DNA of 25,231 nucleotides from the IMG/VR virus record IMGVR_UViG_3300027785_002571, positions 1 to 25,231 of that record; one strand, 5' to 3'. The position numbers were made by a program, and so were the translations under genes. Origin of the DNA: a virus (lineage: Duplodnaviria > Caudoviricetes). This document shows positions 1 through 8,687 of the stretch, in pieces. The notes beneath the pieces were generated by a model. It had not been told where the DNA came from. It made no database searches and worked only from the letters and a program-made list of their open reading frames with translations. The stretch's first letter is position 1; every line of letters begins with the position of its first letter.

Positions 1-123
1 ATTGTTAAATACATTGATAGAGAAGTGGTCAAATATGATACCAAATTTACTTCTGGCGGAGAATGTGAAATACCGAAAGAGTTCATAAAATCAATCAATG
101 ATGCAGCAGAGGCACCAAAATGA
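1..123 (+). CDS. 5'-truncated CDS, probable inner-membrane spanin (Rz-like) C-terminus
   Basis: Frame 1 is open from the window start to TGA at 121-123 (IVKYIDREVVKYDTKFTSGGECEIPKEFIKSINDAAEAPK). The C-terminal Cys-x-I-P..F..ND segment resembles i-spanins, and a lipoprotein and an endolysin follow. Confidence 0.6.
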   Translation: MVKYIDREVVKYDTKFTSGGECEIPKEFIKSINDAAEAPK

Positions 124-431
124 AAACATTCAAACAGTTCATTTCACATAAATCACCAGAAGAAAAAAAGAAGCCACTTGACTATGCTGCTATTCGTGCA
201 GCATCAGCACAATCAACTCCAACACAGAAGACTGGTAGTACTAAATTTGTTATGCACCGAGAAGGTTACGGTCCTTGGGGTAAAATATCACAAGTTAATT
301 TAGATAAAATTGCAAAAGCCAAAAAACGTGAAGAAAAAGAAAAAGGTTTAATGAGAAAACCCGGATCAACGCCTTCAAAAGATACAATTAATTATGTTAC
401 TAAAGTAAATAAACTTTCTGAAGAAAAATGA
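120..431 (+). CDS. Basic hypothetical protein with T4 internal-protein-like N-terminus
   Basis: Starts MKTFKQFISH (compare T4 capsid-targeting sequence MKTYQEFIAE), Lys-rich, ATGA overlaps at both ends. Confidence 0.6.
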   Translation: MKTFKQFISHKSPEEKKKPLDYAAIRAASAQSTPTQKTGSTKFVMHREGYGPWGKISQVNLDKIAKAKKREEKEKGLMRKPGSTPSKDTINYVTKVNKLSEEK

Positions 432-715
432 ATCTGATTAAAATATTCATACTAGCAATTTTCATACTACTTGCTTTTTTAGCAACTGGTTGTTCAACTA
501 CTGTTCCTGTTACGATGAAGTTTCCCGAATCACCAGGTGTTGTTGCAATGACTACTTGTCCACAACTACAAAAGATAGAAGATGATGCTAAGCTAAGTGA
601 CATTACAAAAACTATAACCGTGAACTATGGCACCTATTATGAATGTGCAGTTAAGACTGATGCATGGATTGAATGGTATCAAAAACAAAAAATTATATTT
701 GAAAGTGTAAAATGA
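428..715 (+). CDS. Lipoprotein, probable outer-membrane spanin (Rz1-like)
   Basis: Hydrophobic signal with lipobox LATG-C, Pro-containing linker, two further Cys (CPQL, YYEC), lysis-gene context. Confidence 0.7.
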   Translation: MNLIKIFILAIFILLAFLATGCSTTVPVTMKFPESPGVVAMTTCPQLQKIEDDAKLSDITKTITVNYGTYYECAVKTDAWIEWYQKQKIIFESVK

Positions 716-1227
716 CCGAAGAACAAGAAATCACAAAAGAACGCACTGGTTGGATCATTACATTCTTGGCCGCATTTTTAGCCATTACATCATTACTTGA
801 TGGTGGCAATTCATCACAAATTCTAGAAAATACTATTGAAGCAAATAATGTCTGGTCATTCTACCAAGCAAAAAGTATTAAACAATCACTAGCTGAAATG
901 GCTTATGATAATGCGGTAAGAGCTCGTGACACCAGAAAAGCGGAAGTGATGAAAGCAAAGATTGATCGTTATGAAAATGAACCAAAAGAAGGTAAAAAAG
1001 ATTTAATGGCCAAGGCTAGAGGAATTGAAGCAGAAAGAGCAGTTGCTCAAATGCGTAGTCCTTGGTATACTTATTCAAATGCACTTTATCAAATTGCAAT
1101 TGTTATATTAGCTGCATCTATGTTGACATTAAATAAACGAATGTATTGGATTGGCATTGGCCTAGGCCTGCTTGCGGTACTATTGATGACTCAAGGTGCT
1201 TTATTATGGTTACCTATAACATTATAA
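712..1227 (+). CDS. DUF4337-like membrane protein
   Basis: N-terminal TM, W-S-F-YQAKSIKQ motif, coiled coil, two C-terminal TMs. Confidence 0.7.
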   Translation: MTEEQEITKERTGWIITFLAAFLAITSLLDGGNSSQILENTIEANNVWSFYQAKSIKQSLAEMAYDNAVRARDTRKAEVMKAKIDRYENEPKEGKKDLMAKARGIEAERAVAQMRSPWYTYSNALYQIAIVILAASMLTLNKRMYWIGIGLGLLAVLLMTQGALLWLPITL

Positions 1228-1236
1228 GGACTGAAA

Positions 1237-1860
1237 ATGGAACTAACAAAAGAACAATTAAAACAATTACTTCCTAAGAACCTATACATTGACCATTGGC
1301 ATGACGCCTTGTCAGTTTTATTACCTGATTACGAAATCAATACACCTCAGAGAATGGCGGCTTTCATAGCACAATGTTCACATGAGTCTGGTGGTTTTAT
1401 ATTCCTTAAAGAGAATTTGAATTATAAGGCTCCATCATTACGCAAGTTGTTTGGTAAGTACTTTCCAAATGATGATATTGCAAATGAGTATGCAAACAAA
1501 CCAAACAAACAGGAAGCAATTGCAAATCGTATCTATGCATCACGTATGGGTAATGGAAATGAAGCTTCTGGTGATGGGTACAAGTTTTGTGGTCGTGGAC
1601 TAATTCAATTGACCGGCCGTGATAACTATACGTTCTTTGCAGGCAGTCTTGGTATCACAGTAGAAGAAGCATCCGATTATCTTGCTACCTTTGAAGGTGC
1701 TGCACAGTCAGCCTGTTGGTTCTGGGAAACAAACGATTTAAATAAGTGGGCAGACAAAGGTGATATATTAACCTTAACCAAAAAGATTAATGGCGGAACA
1801 ATTGGCCTAGATGACCGCATCAAACATTATGAACATGCACTACACGTTTTCGGAGTATAA
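1237..1860 (+). CDS. Glycoside hydrolase family 19 endolysin (chitinase/lysozyme-like)
   Basis: AAFIAQCSHESGGF..ENLNY, GDGYKFCGRGLIQLTGRDNY, SACWFW and TKKINGG motifs; AAGGA RBS. Confidence 0.92.
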   Translation: MELTKEQLKQLLPKNLYIDHWHDALSVLLPDYEINTPQRMAAFIAQCSHESGGFIFLKENLNYKAPSLRKLFGKYFPNDDIANEYANKPNKQEAIANRIYASRMGNGNEASGDGYKFCGRGLIQLTGRDNYTFFAGSLGITVEEASDYLATFEGAAQSACWFWETNDLNKWADKGDILTLTKKINGGTIGLDDRIKHYEHALHVFGV

Positions 1861-1861
1861 T

Positions 1862-2296
1862 ATGAAAAAGTTTTTATTAGTACTCGCACTAATACCTTGT
1901 TTGGTGTTTGCTCAAAAGACACCACAAGGCGTTACCTATGACGCACAAATTATCAGAGTAACGGATGGCGATACGGTTGTTATCGCCGCACCCTTTCTAC
2001 CTGCACCCCTTAAGCCCGAACTTGCGGTACGAGTCTACGGAGTCGATACTCCGGAAAAAGGATTTAGAGGTCAATGCGACAGCGAAAAGCAACGTGGTGA
2101 ATCCGCTAGCGTTTTCACTAAAGGTCTCATTAACGCCAGCCAACAGCGACAAGTCATTTTATATGGTTGGGATAAATTTGGTGGTCGTGTATTGGGCGAT
2201 ATCATTCTAAACGGCCAGAGTTTACGTGCAGCATTGATTGCCAACGGCTTTGCTCGTGAATATTATGGTGATGCCAAACAAAGCTGGTGTAATTAA
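1862..2296 (+). CDS. Secreted thermonuclease (staphylococcal nuclease-like)
   Basis: True start probably MKKFLLVLALIPCLVFA (signal peptide) at 1862; SNase motifs DGDT, RVYGVDTPE, DKFGGRVL, L..NGFA. Confidence 0.85.
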   Translation: MKKFLLVLALIPCLVFAQKTPQGVTYDAQIIRVTDGDTVVIAAPFLPAPLKPELAVRVYGVDTPEKGFRGQCDSEKQRGESASVFTKGLINASQQRQVILYGWDKFGGRVLGDIILNGQSLRAALIANGFAREYYGDAKQSWCN

Positions 2297-2305
2297 GGAA
2301 AAAAT

Positions 2306-2587
2306 ATGAATGATAAAAAACTATTATACATAGGACTTGCACTACTTATTCTACCACTATCATTAGCCTTCTTTGGTGGTGATAGATTCCGTTATCCTTG
2401 TCAAGACCCCGACAATTGGGATAAAGACTTTTGTAAGATGCCTAAATGTGATGTGACAAGAACTTGTCCTGAACATATCTTTAAAGGACAACGTGATCCA
2501 AGATTAGGTCCAGATACACCTAAAATTTCGACACCATCATCAACACAATGCACTACACCAACTCAAGGAGCTAACTGTGGAAAATAA
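2306..2587 (+). CDS. Membrane-anchored Cys-rich small protein
   Basis: One N-terminal TM, then RYPCQDPDNW..C..PKC....CP; AAGGA RBS. Confidence 0.7.
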   Translation: MNDKKLLYIGLALLILPLSLAFFGGDRFRYPCQDPDNWDKDFCKMPKCDVTRTCPEHIFKGQRDPRLGPDTPKISTPSSTQCTTPTQGANCGK

Positions 2588-3038
2588 TAACATGTACACA
2601 GAAGAGCAATTAATGGCTCGTCTGAAATTCTTCATCGGTATTTGTTTGGCTTTAACATTGACGGGTATTGTCTTTGTTGTTCTATATTCAATTATCTTTG
2701 TAACACAACCATTGAACGCAATCTCACCGATTGACCAGAAGTTTTTTGAGTTGATTATTCCTATTGCAACCTTCTTAACTGGTACTCTATCTGGCATCAT
2801 GCTAGCGGGTAACGATAAAGACCTTAGAGCAAAGGCACTAGATGCAGCAAACAAACCACCAACCGTTTCAGGACCACCACCAAATGCGCCTTCAACATTT
2901 ACACCAAGCAACAATGCAACATTTGGCACACCAACGTCAAGTGCAACAACACCATCAACATTTGCACCAGCAGCACAAGTTGTCACAGGATTTGGCGGCA
3001 AACCTGCCCCAGCACCAGCCTTCCAACCAGAAATCTAA
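2577..3038 (+). CDS. Two-TM membrane protein with Pro/Thr-rich tail (holin-like candidate)
   Basis: Two hydrophobic helices, low-complexity P/T/S/A C-terminus, AAGGAG RBS before a GTG start. Confidence 0.65.
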   Translation: MENNNMYTEEQLMARLKFFIGICLALTLTGIVFVVLYSIIFVTQPLNAISPIDQKFFELIIPIATFLTGTLSGIMLAGNDKDLRAKALDAANKPPTVSGPPPNAPSTFTPSNNATFGTPTSSATTPSTFAPAAQVVTGFGGKPAPAPAFQPEI

Positions 3039-3042
3039 ATAA

Positions 3043-3264
3043 ATGGAATTCTTAAAAAGTATGTTAACGGATGGTGTCAATGGCACCATCTCCAGTAAAA
3101 GAGTTGTCACACTATTAGCATTCGTAATGTGTGCATCCGGTTTCATCACTATGTTATATGGACATACCGTAGATTCTAAAATTTACGATTCAATGATGTA
3201 CATTGTAATTGCAGGTTTAGGTTTTACAGCATCTGAGAAATTTACTAAAAAGGACGAAAAATGA
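3043..3264 (+). CDS. Small two-TM membrane protein (holin-like candidate)
   Basis: SSKRV followed by two TMs and a charged C-terminal tail (EKFTKKDEK). Confidence 0.65.
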   Translation: MEFLKSMLTDGVNGTISSKRVVTLLAFVMCASGFITMLYGHTVDSKIYDSMMYIVIAGLGFTASEKFTKKDEK

Positions 3265-3455
3265 AAAAATTACTATTAGTTACAGGCCTATGCCTATCAA
3301 TGTTTGTACAAGCAGAAACAACTAAAGTGTGTGTTGATGTTAAAGACAAAGCAGGCCAAGTTGTTAAAGACAAAGCTGGCAAACCAAAACAGAATTGTAA
3401 AGAAATGAAAGTACACAAAAAACTAGAAGGCACTCCAGTTCCTGTGAAAAAATAA
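3261..3455 (+). CDS. Small secreted basic protein with a Cys pair
   Basis: Signal peptide MKKLLLVTGLCLSMFVQA, internal VKDKAG duplication, two Cys in the mature part. Confidence 0.65.
   Translation: MKKLLLVTGLCLSMFVQAETTKVCVDVKDKAGQVVKDKAGKPKQNCKEMKVHKKLEGTPVPVKK
3338..3376 (+). repeat. 15-nt direct repeat TGTTAAAGACAAAGC, period 24 nt, in-frame
   Basis: Copies at 3338-3352 and 3362-3376, encoding VKDKA twice. Confidence 0.8.
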
Positions 3456-3856
3456 TGGCATATTCCGATAAGGTAATCGACCACTATGAGAACCCACGAA
3501 ATGTTGGATCCCTAGATAAAGACGATCCAACAGTTGGCACCGGCATGGTTGGTGCACCAGCATGTGGTGATGTAATGAAGCTTCAAATTAAAGTGGAGGA
3601 AGGAATTATTACAGATGCTAAATTCAAGACGTATGGTTGTGGCTCGGCTATTGCATCAAGTTCACTTATTACTGAATGGGTCAAAGGGAAAACACCCGAC
3701 CAAGCGGGACAAATTAAAAATAGCGAAATTGCTTCTGAACTTGCCTTGCCACCAGTTAAGATTCACTGCTCTATACTTGCGGAAGATGCGATTAAGGCAG
3801 CTGTGGCAGACTTCAAAAGAAAAGAATGGTTATTAAATCATGATCTCATTAACTAA
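3455..3856 (+). CDS. iscU: Fe-S cluster scaffold protein IscU
   Basis: MAYSDKVIDHYENPRNVG, GAPACGD, FKTYGCGSAIASSS, LPPVK (HscA-binding motif) and IHCS all present. Confidence 0.97.
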   Translation: MAYSDKVIDHYENPRNVGSLDKDDPTVGTGMVGAPACGDVMKLQIKVEEGIITDAKFKTYGCGSAIASSSLITEWVKGKTPDQAGQIKNSEIASELALPPVKIHCSILAEDAIKAAVADFKRKEWLLNHDLIN

Positions 3857-4166
3857 AAAAGCATGTGACCAAATTAACTCACAACTGCATAAACGTGGTA
3901 AAGGTGTTGGAATTAAACTCGGCGTAAAAACTACTGGTTGCAGCGGATTGGCATATACAATTGAGTATGTTGATAAGTATGAGGTGCATAGTGGTGTAAT
4001 TAATTACGCACAAAATGATTTTGTAGTTTTAGTAGATGCAAAAAGTGATGTATATCTAAAAGGATTAACAATGGATTGGGTTCGAAGTGGACTCAATGAA
4101 GGATTCGATTTTAAAAACCCCAATGAACGTGACCGCTGTGGATGCGGAGAAAGTTTCAGAATATGA
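3840..4166 (+). CDS. iscA: A-type Fe-S carrier IscA
   Basis: [38 protein letters not shown]. Confidence 0.93.
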   Translation: MISLTKKACDQINSQLHKRGKGVGIKLGVKTTGCSGLAYTIEYVDKYEVHSGVINYAQNDFVVLVDAKSDVYLKGLTMDWVRSGLNEGFDFKNPNERDRCGCGESFRI

Positions 4167-4486
4167 TAACAATAACAGAATCAGCAAGAACAAAAATTCT
4201 AGACCTTTTCGCAGAAGAGGATAATCCAGACTTATGTTTAAGAACATTCGTTGAAGGCGGCGGCTGTAGTGGAATGAATTACGGATTTACATTCGATGAG
4301 ATAATGAACGAAGACGATTTTGAAATACCTCTTGAAAAAACTAAGATACTAATAGATGCCATGAGTATGCAATATCTGCAAGGAGCAACTGTGGACTACA
4401 AAGAAGATATCCAAGGTTCTCAGTTTGTTATAACCAATCCAAATGCCAAATCCACTTGTGGTTGCGGCAGTAGTTTCAGTGTATAA
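4163..4486 (+). CDS. erpA: A-type Fe-S carrier, ErpA-like
   Basis: Start at ATG 4163 (ATGA overlap); [50 protein letters not shown]. Confidence 0.9.
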   Translation: MITITESARTKILDLFAEEDNPDLCLRTFVEGGGCSGMNYGFTFDEIMNEDDFEIPLEKTKILIDAMSMQYLQGATVDYKEDIQGSQFVITNPNAKSTCGCGSSFSV

Positions 4487-4497
4487 GAAAGAATCAA

Positions 4498-4803
4498 ATG
4501 GCAACCACAGTAGAAAGAATCGGCATCGTTGAAACCAAGGTGGAGAACCTTAGTGAAAAAATGGATGACCTAAAAGTCGATGTTAAAGAGATGCATGATT
4601 GCCTTGACAAGACTAGAGAAAGTTTGGTGGAAAAACTGGAAGAAATGTATGATGCATCCTGTAACCAACATGCCGAACTTGCCCAAAAGATTTCCGGTCT
4701 GGAAAAAATCCGAGAAAAAACCATGTGGATGGTTGCCGGTGCGGTTGCAACAGTCGGCATACTTTCCGGACATTTTGAAAAGATACTCGCCTTTTTGACT
4801 TAA
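4498..4803 (+). CDS. Coiled-coil protein with C-terminal TM segment
   Basis: Heptad-rich N-terminus and a hydrophobic MWMVAGAVATVGIL segment. Confidence 0.65.
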   Translation: MATTVERIGIVETKVENLSEKMDDLKVDVKEMHDCLDKTRESLVEKLEEMYDASCNQHAELAQKISGLEKIREKTMWMVAGAVATVGILSGHFEKILAFLT

Positions 4804-4847
4804 ATACTGTATAATCAAGTTTCTCGTAAACTCCGCAAGCCTTTGTT

Positions 4848-5861
4848 ATGTCCGTTTTCATTGATAGAACCTTTCTGCTAAGGGTATCCCCGAAGCTTCA
4901 AAAATTCACACAAAAGAAGGATAACCTGTATAATTTCAGGTGTCCTCTTTGTGGCGACTCAACAAAAAACAAAACCAAAGCTCGTGGTTATGTTTATGAA
5001 AAAAAGAACAACTACTTTTATATGTGCCACAATTGTGGTGCATCCACTTCCTTTTACAATTTCCTGGAAAAGGTAGATTCAACCCTAGTTAAAGAATATG
5101 CACTTGAGAGGTATAAAAATGGTGAGCAAGGCCGTGATAACTACGTCAAACCGACTTTCGAGGAACTTCACACGGAAGTACCTAAATTTAAGAGGTCTTT
5201 GGGCATCCCATCGGTCCAGTCTCTACCAGAAGAACATTATGCTAAAGTGTATGTTAAGTCACGAAAAATACCCGAGGGATTTCATTCGGATTTATACTTT
5301 GCAGAAGATTTCAAGAGTTTCGTGGATTCACTCCAGATTGAAAAAGAAGGACTCAAAGAAGATGACCCAAGACTGATAATACCATTCTATGATGAAGATA
5401 AGAACCTTGTGGCATTTCAGGGCCGTGCATTGGGTGAATCCAAACTAAGGTATATTACCGTAAAGACAGACAAGGACAACCACAAGTTATTTGGTACTGA
5501 TAGGATCAACAAGGAAGAGATGATATATGTTCTGGAAGGTCCTATTGACTCCATGTTCTTAGAGAATGCGGTAGCGACTGCCGATTCAAATTTAATGGCT
5601 GCATCTAAGCATTTTGACAAATCTAAGATTGTCTTGATATATGACAATGAACCAAGAAACAAAGAACTACATAAGCAGATGGACAAAGCCATTGAAGAAC
5701 ACTATAACGTGGTAATATGGCCAGAAATGATTGTCGAAAAAGATATTAATGATATGGTTTTGAATGGTTTCTCACCAGATGAAATACAAGATATCATAAG
5801 TAAACATACCTTTGTAAATCTTAGAGCAAAGATGGAATTTATTAATTGGAAAAAAACTTGA
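4848..5861 (+). CDS. gp61: T4-like DNA primase (gp61)
   Basis: Zn finger NFRCPLCGDS...CHNCG, RLIIPF, FQGRAL, TOPRIM EGPIDSMFL, DNEPRN, KDINDM. Confidence 0.95.
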   Translation: MSVFIDRTFLLRVSPKLQKFTQKKDNLYNFRCPLCGDSTKNKTKARGYVYEKKNNYFYMCHNCGASTSFYNFLEKVDSTLVKEYALERYKNGEQGRDNYVKPTFEELHTEVPKFKRSLGIPSVQSLPEEHYAKVYVKSRKIPEGFHSDLYFAEDFKSFVDSLQIEKEGLKEDDPRLIIPFYDEDKNLVAFQGRALGESKLRYITVKTDKDNHKLFGTDRINKEEMIYVLEGPIDSMFLENAVATADSNLMAASKHFDKSKIVLIYDNEPRNKELHKQMDKAIEEHYNVVIWPEMIVEKDINDMVLNGFSPDEIQDIISKHTFVNLRAKMEFINWKKT

Positions 5862-5876
5862 ATTGGAGATTTTGTT

Positions 5877-6527
5877 ATGAATGTAAAATTGATATCATAC
5901 ACACAGGGTATAGACGGTAAGAATTTGTTAGAACAGGTTGCTTTTGCGGCCAGAGTCTCAAATCCTGCCAATCAAAATAGTAACGAAACTTCTGAAAAGT
6001 TGGTTCGTTATCTTATCAAAAACCAACATTGGTCACCACTTGAAATGGTGAACGTATGTTTGGAAATAGACACCACACGGGATATAGCAAGACAGATTTT
6101 AAGGCATCGTTCCTTTTCCTTCCAGGAATTTAGTCAGCGGTATGCTGATGCGTCCCAGTTAGGATTTGAATTAAGGGACTGTCGGTTACAGGATACAAAG
6201 AATCGTCAGAATAGTATTGAAACTGATAATGAAGTATTGCAAGGGAAATGGGCAATGATGCAAGATGTAGTACTTTATCATGTAACAGAAGCTTACGAAT
6301 GGGCATTAAAAAACGGTATTGCAAAGGAACAAGCGAGAGCAGTACTGCCAGAGGGTATGACAGGTTCACGTTTATATATGAATGGAACGCTTCGTTCTTG
6401 GGTTCACTATATACAACTCCGAAGCGCAAATGGGACACAGAAAGAACATCAAGATGTTGCATTGGCCTGTGCTGATGCCATTGAGCCAATTTTCCCCATG
6501 ATTAAGGAGTACACCAATGGACAGTAA
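5877..6527 (+). CDS. thyX: Flavin-dependent thymidylate synthase
   Basis: HWSPLE, ThyX motif RHRSFSFQEFSQRY, EQARAVLP, GTLRSW, TQKEH; GGAG RBS. Confidence 0.96.
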   Translation: MNVKLISYTQGIDGKNLLEQVAFAARVSNPANQNSNETSEKLVRYLIKNQHWSPLEMVNVCLEIDTTRDIARQILRHRSFSFQEFSQRYADASQLGFELRDCRLQDTKNRQNSIETDNEVLQGKWAMMQDVVLYHVTEAYEWALKNGIAKEQARAVLPEGMTGSRLYMNGTLRSWVHYIQLRSANGTQKEHQDVALACADAIEPIFPMIKEYTNGQ

Positions 6528-6876
6528 GAATGATGTAAGAGTTTTTATGGATGCATGTGACCAAAAGGCAAGAGATTTTGGACCACAATCTGAACTGTAT
6601 GTAGACCTGATAATGGAAGAATTTAGGGAACTTATTACAGCATATGGCAACAGAGACCCCGTAGAGATTGCTGATGCTTGTGCTGATTTGAAATGGGTAA
6701 TTGAGGGTTTAGAACACACACTCAATATACCACAACAAGAAGTTTGGAACGAAGTTGCACGTAGCAATTTGGCCAAAATTTCTGAAGGTGGTAAAGTATT
6801 AAAAAGAGAAGATGGTAAGGTACTAAAACCAGAAGGTTGGACACCACCTGATATTAAAACAATTATAAGAAAGTAA
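6517..6876 (+). CDS. MazG-like all-alpha NTP pyrophosphohydrolase (DR2231/PRA-PH type, possible dUTPase)
   Basis: LIMEEFREL, DACADL, VARSNLAK, DGKVLKPEGW.PPD; directly follows thyX. Confidence 0.85.
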   Translation: MDSKNDVRVFMDACDQKARDFGPQSELYVDLIMEEFRELITAYGNRDPVEIADACADLKWVIEGLEHTLNIPQQEVWNEVARSNLAKISEGGKVLKREDGKVLKPEGWTPPDIKTIIRK

Positions 6877-6881
6877 ACAAT

Positions 6882-8687
6882 ATGGAATACATGGGTGTCA
6901 AAATAGACTTAGAAAAAGATAAACTATTTGATGAATTAGGTAAGTTAAGGTTGAAAGAATCTTACATGCGTGATGATGAAACATCACCACAACAAAGGTT
7001 TGCATATGTATCATCGTCATTTGGAAGTAATCCGGAACACGCTCAGCGCATTTACAATTACGCCTCTAATCATTGGCTCAGTTTTAGTACTCCAATTCTT
7101 AGCTATGGCCGTTCTAAGCGTGGTATGCCTATTTCGTGTTTTCTCAACTATATTGAAGATACAGCGGAGGGTCTAGTTGATAATCTTAGCGAAACTAATT
7201 GGCTTTCTATGCTTGGCGGTGGTGTTGGTATTGGCTTTGGTATACGCAGTACAGACGACAAGAGTACTGGTGTTATGCCGCACCTCAAAATTTACGATGC
7301 TTCATCTCTTGCTTACCGTCAGGGTCGTACTCGCCGTGGAAGTTATGCTGCTTATCTTGATATCAGTCATCCCGACATTATATCATTTTTAGAGATGCGT
7401 AAACCCACCGGTGATCCTAATGTTCGGTGTATGAATCTACACCACGGTGTTAATATCACAGATGACTTTATGCAGTTGATTGAAAACTGTATGTTGGATC
7501 CAGAAGCGAATGATGATTGGCAATTGAGAGATCCACATTCTGGTGAAGCAAGAGAGATTGTGTCGGCCAAACATCTATGGCAACAAATCTTAGAATTACG
7601 TATGCATACAGGTGAACCTTACATTCACTTCATTGATACAAGTAACAGAATGATGCCTCAGTTTCTAAAAGACTTAGGACTAAAGATTCACCAATCAAAT
7701 CTTTGTTCTGAAATTATTCTTCCAACGGACAAAGACCGTACAGCAGTATGTTGTTTGTCATCACTAAACTTGGAGTACTATGATGAATGGAAAAATGAAC
7801 CTTTGTTCCTTAGGGATGTTGCTGAAATGCTCGATAACGTTCTGGAGTTTTTTATTACTCATGCACCTGATACCATTTCCAGGGCTATATACTCTGCTAG
7901 CCGTGAGCGTAGTATTGGCATTGGTGCCTTAGGTTTTCACGCTTATCTACAACGAAAAGGTATTGCATTTGAAGGTGTGATGGCAAAAGTTACGAACAAT
8001 CAAATTTTTAAACATATTAGAGAAGGATTGAATGATGCTAACCAAATTCTTGGTCAAATACGAGGTCCCGCTCCTGATGCTGCTAGCTCTGGCCAGCGCT
8101 TCAGCCACCTTATGGCTATTGCTCCAAATGCTTCTTCTTCTATCATCATGGGAAATACTAGCCCTTCTGTAGAGCCTTATCGTGCTAACGCTTACAGGCA
8201 AGACACTCTATCGGGCGCTTTTCTAAACAAAAATCGTTGGTTGGATAAGGTCATTAAAAAATATTGTGATTCACCTCCTGTTGGTAATAAGTTGGGAATG
8301 GAATATGATGAGATTTGGTCATCTATTATTGCAAATGATGGTTCTGTTCAACATTTAGAATGGTTGGATGAAAATCTAAAAGCAGTATTCAAAACATCTA
8401 TGGAAATTGACCAACGTTGGGTTATTGAATTGGCTGCTGACCGTCAACAATATATTGACCAAGCTCAATCATTGAATTTGTTCTTCCGTCCAGATGCACA
8501 CATCAAATACATTCACGCCATCCATTTTATGGCATGGAAAAAAGGATTGAAAACACTTTACTATTGCCGTTCAGAAAAGATTGGCAAAGCAGATAAAGTA
8601 TCTAAGAAGATTGAACGCCAAGTTATTAAAGAACTTGATATGGTTCAAGTGGCACAAGGGAATGATTGTATAGCATGTGAGGGTTAA
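6882..8687 (+). CDS. nrdA: Ribonucleotide reductase class I alpha subunit (no ATP cone)
   Basis: STPIL, ISCF, GGGVG, SNLCSEI (radical Cys), VCCLSS, APNASSS, DQAQS, KTLYY, C-terminal CIAC. Confidence 0.97.
   Translation: MEYMGVKIDLEKDKLFDELGKLRLKESYMRDDETSPQQRFAYVSSSFGSNPEHAQRIYNYASNHWLSFSTPILSYGRSKRGMPISCFLNYIEDTAEGLVDNLSETNWLSMLGGGVGIGFGIRSTDDKSTGVMPHLKIYDASSLAYRQGRTRRGSYAAYLDISHPDIISFLEMRKPTGDPNVRCMNLHHGVNITDDFMQLIENCMLDPEANDDWQLRDPHSGEAREIVSAKHLWQQILELRMHTGEPYIHFIDTSNRMMPQFLKDLGLKIHQSNLCSEIILPTDKDRTAVCCLSSLNLEYYDEWKNEPLFLRDVAEMLDNVLEFFITHAPDTISRAIYSASRERSIGIGALGFHAYLQRKGIAFEGVMAKVTNNQIFKHIREGLNDANQILGQIRGPAPDAASSGQRFSHLMAIAPNASSSIIMGNTSPSVEPYRANAYRQDTLSGAFLNKNRWLDKVIKKYCDSPPVGNKLGMEYDEIWSSIIANDGSVQHLEWLDENLKAVFKTSMEIDQRWVIELAADRQQYIDQAQSLNLFFRPDAHIKYIHAIHFMAWKKGLKTLYYCRSEKIGKADKVSKKIERQVIKELDMVQVAQGNDCIACEG

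Noticed and set aside
4795-4815. TTGACT...TATAAT upstream of the primase
   Set aside because: Only 9 bp between the hexamers. The TATAAT may be real with a weak -35 (TCGCCT) or TAAATA may be a late element, but I cannot support a specific call.
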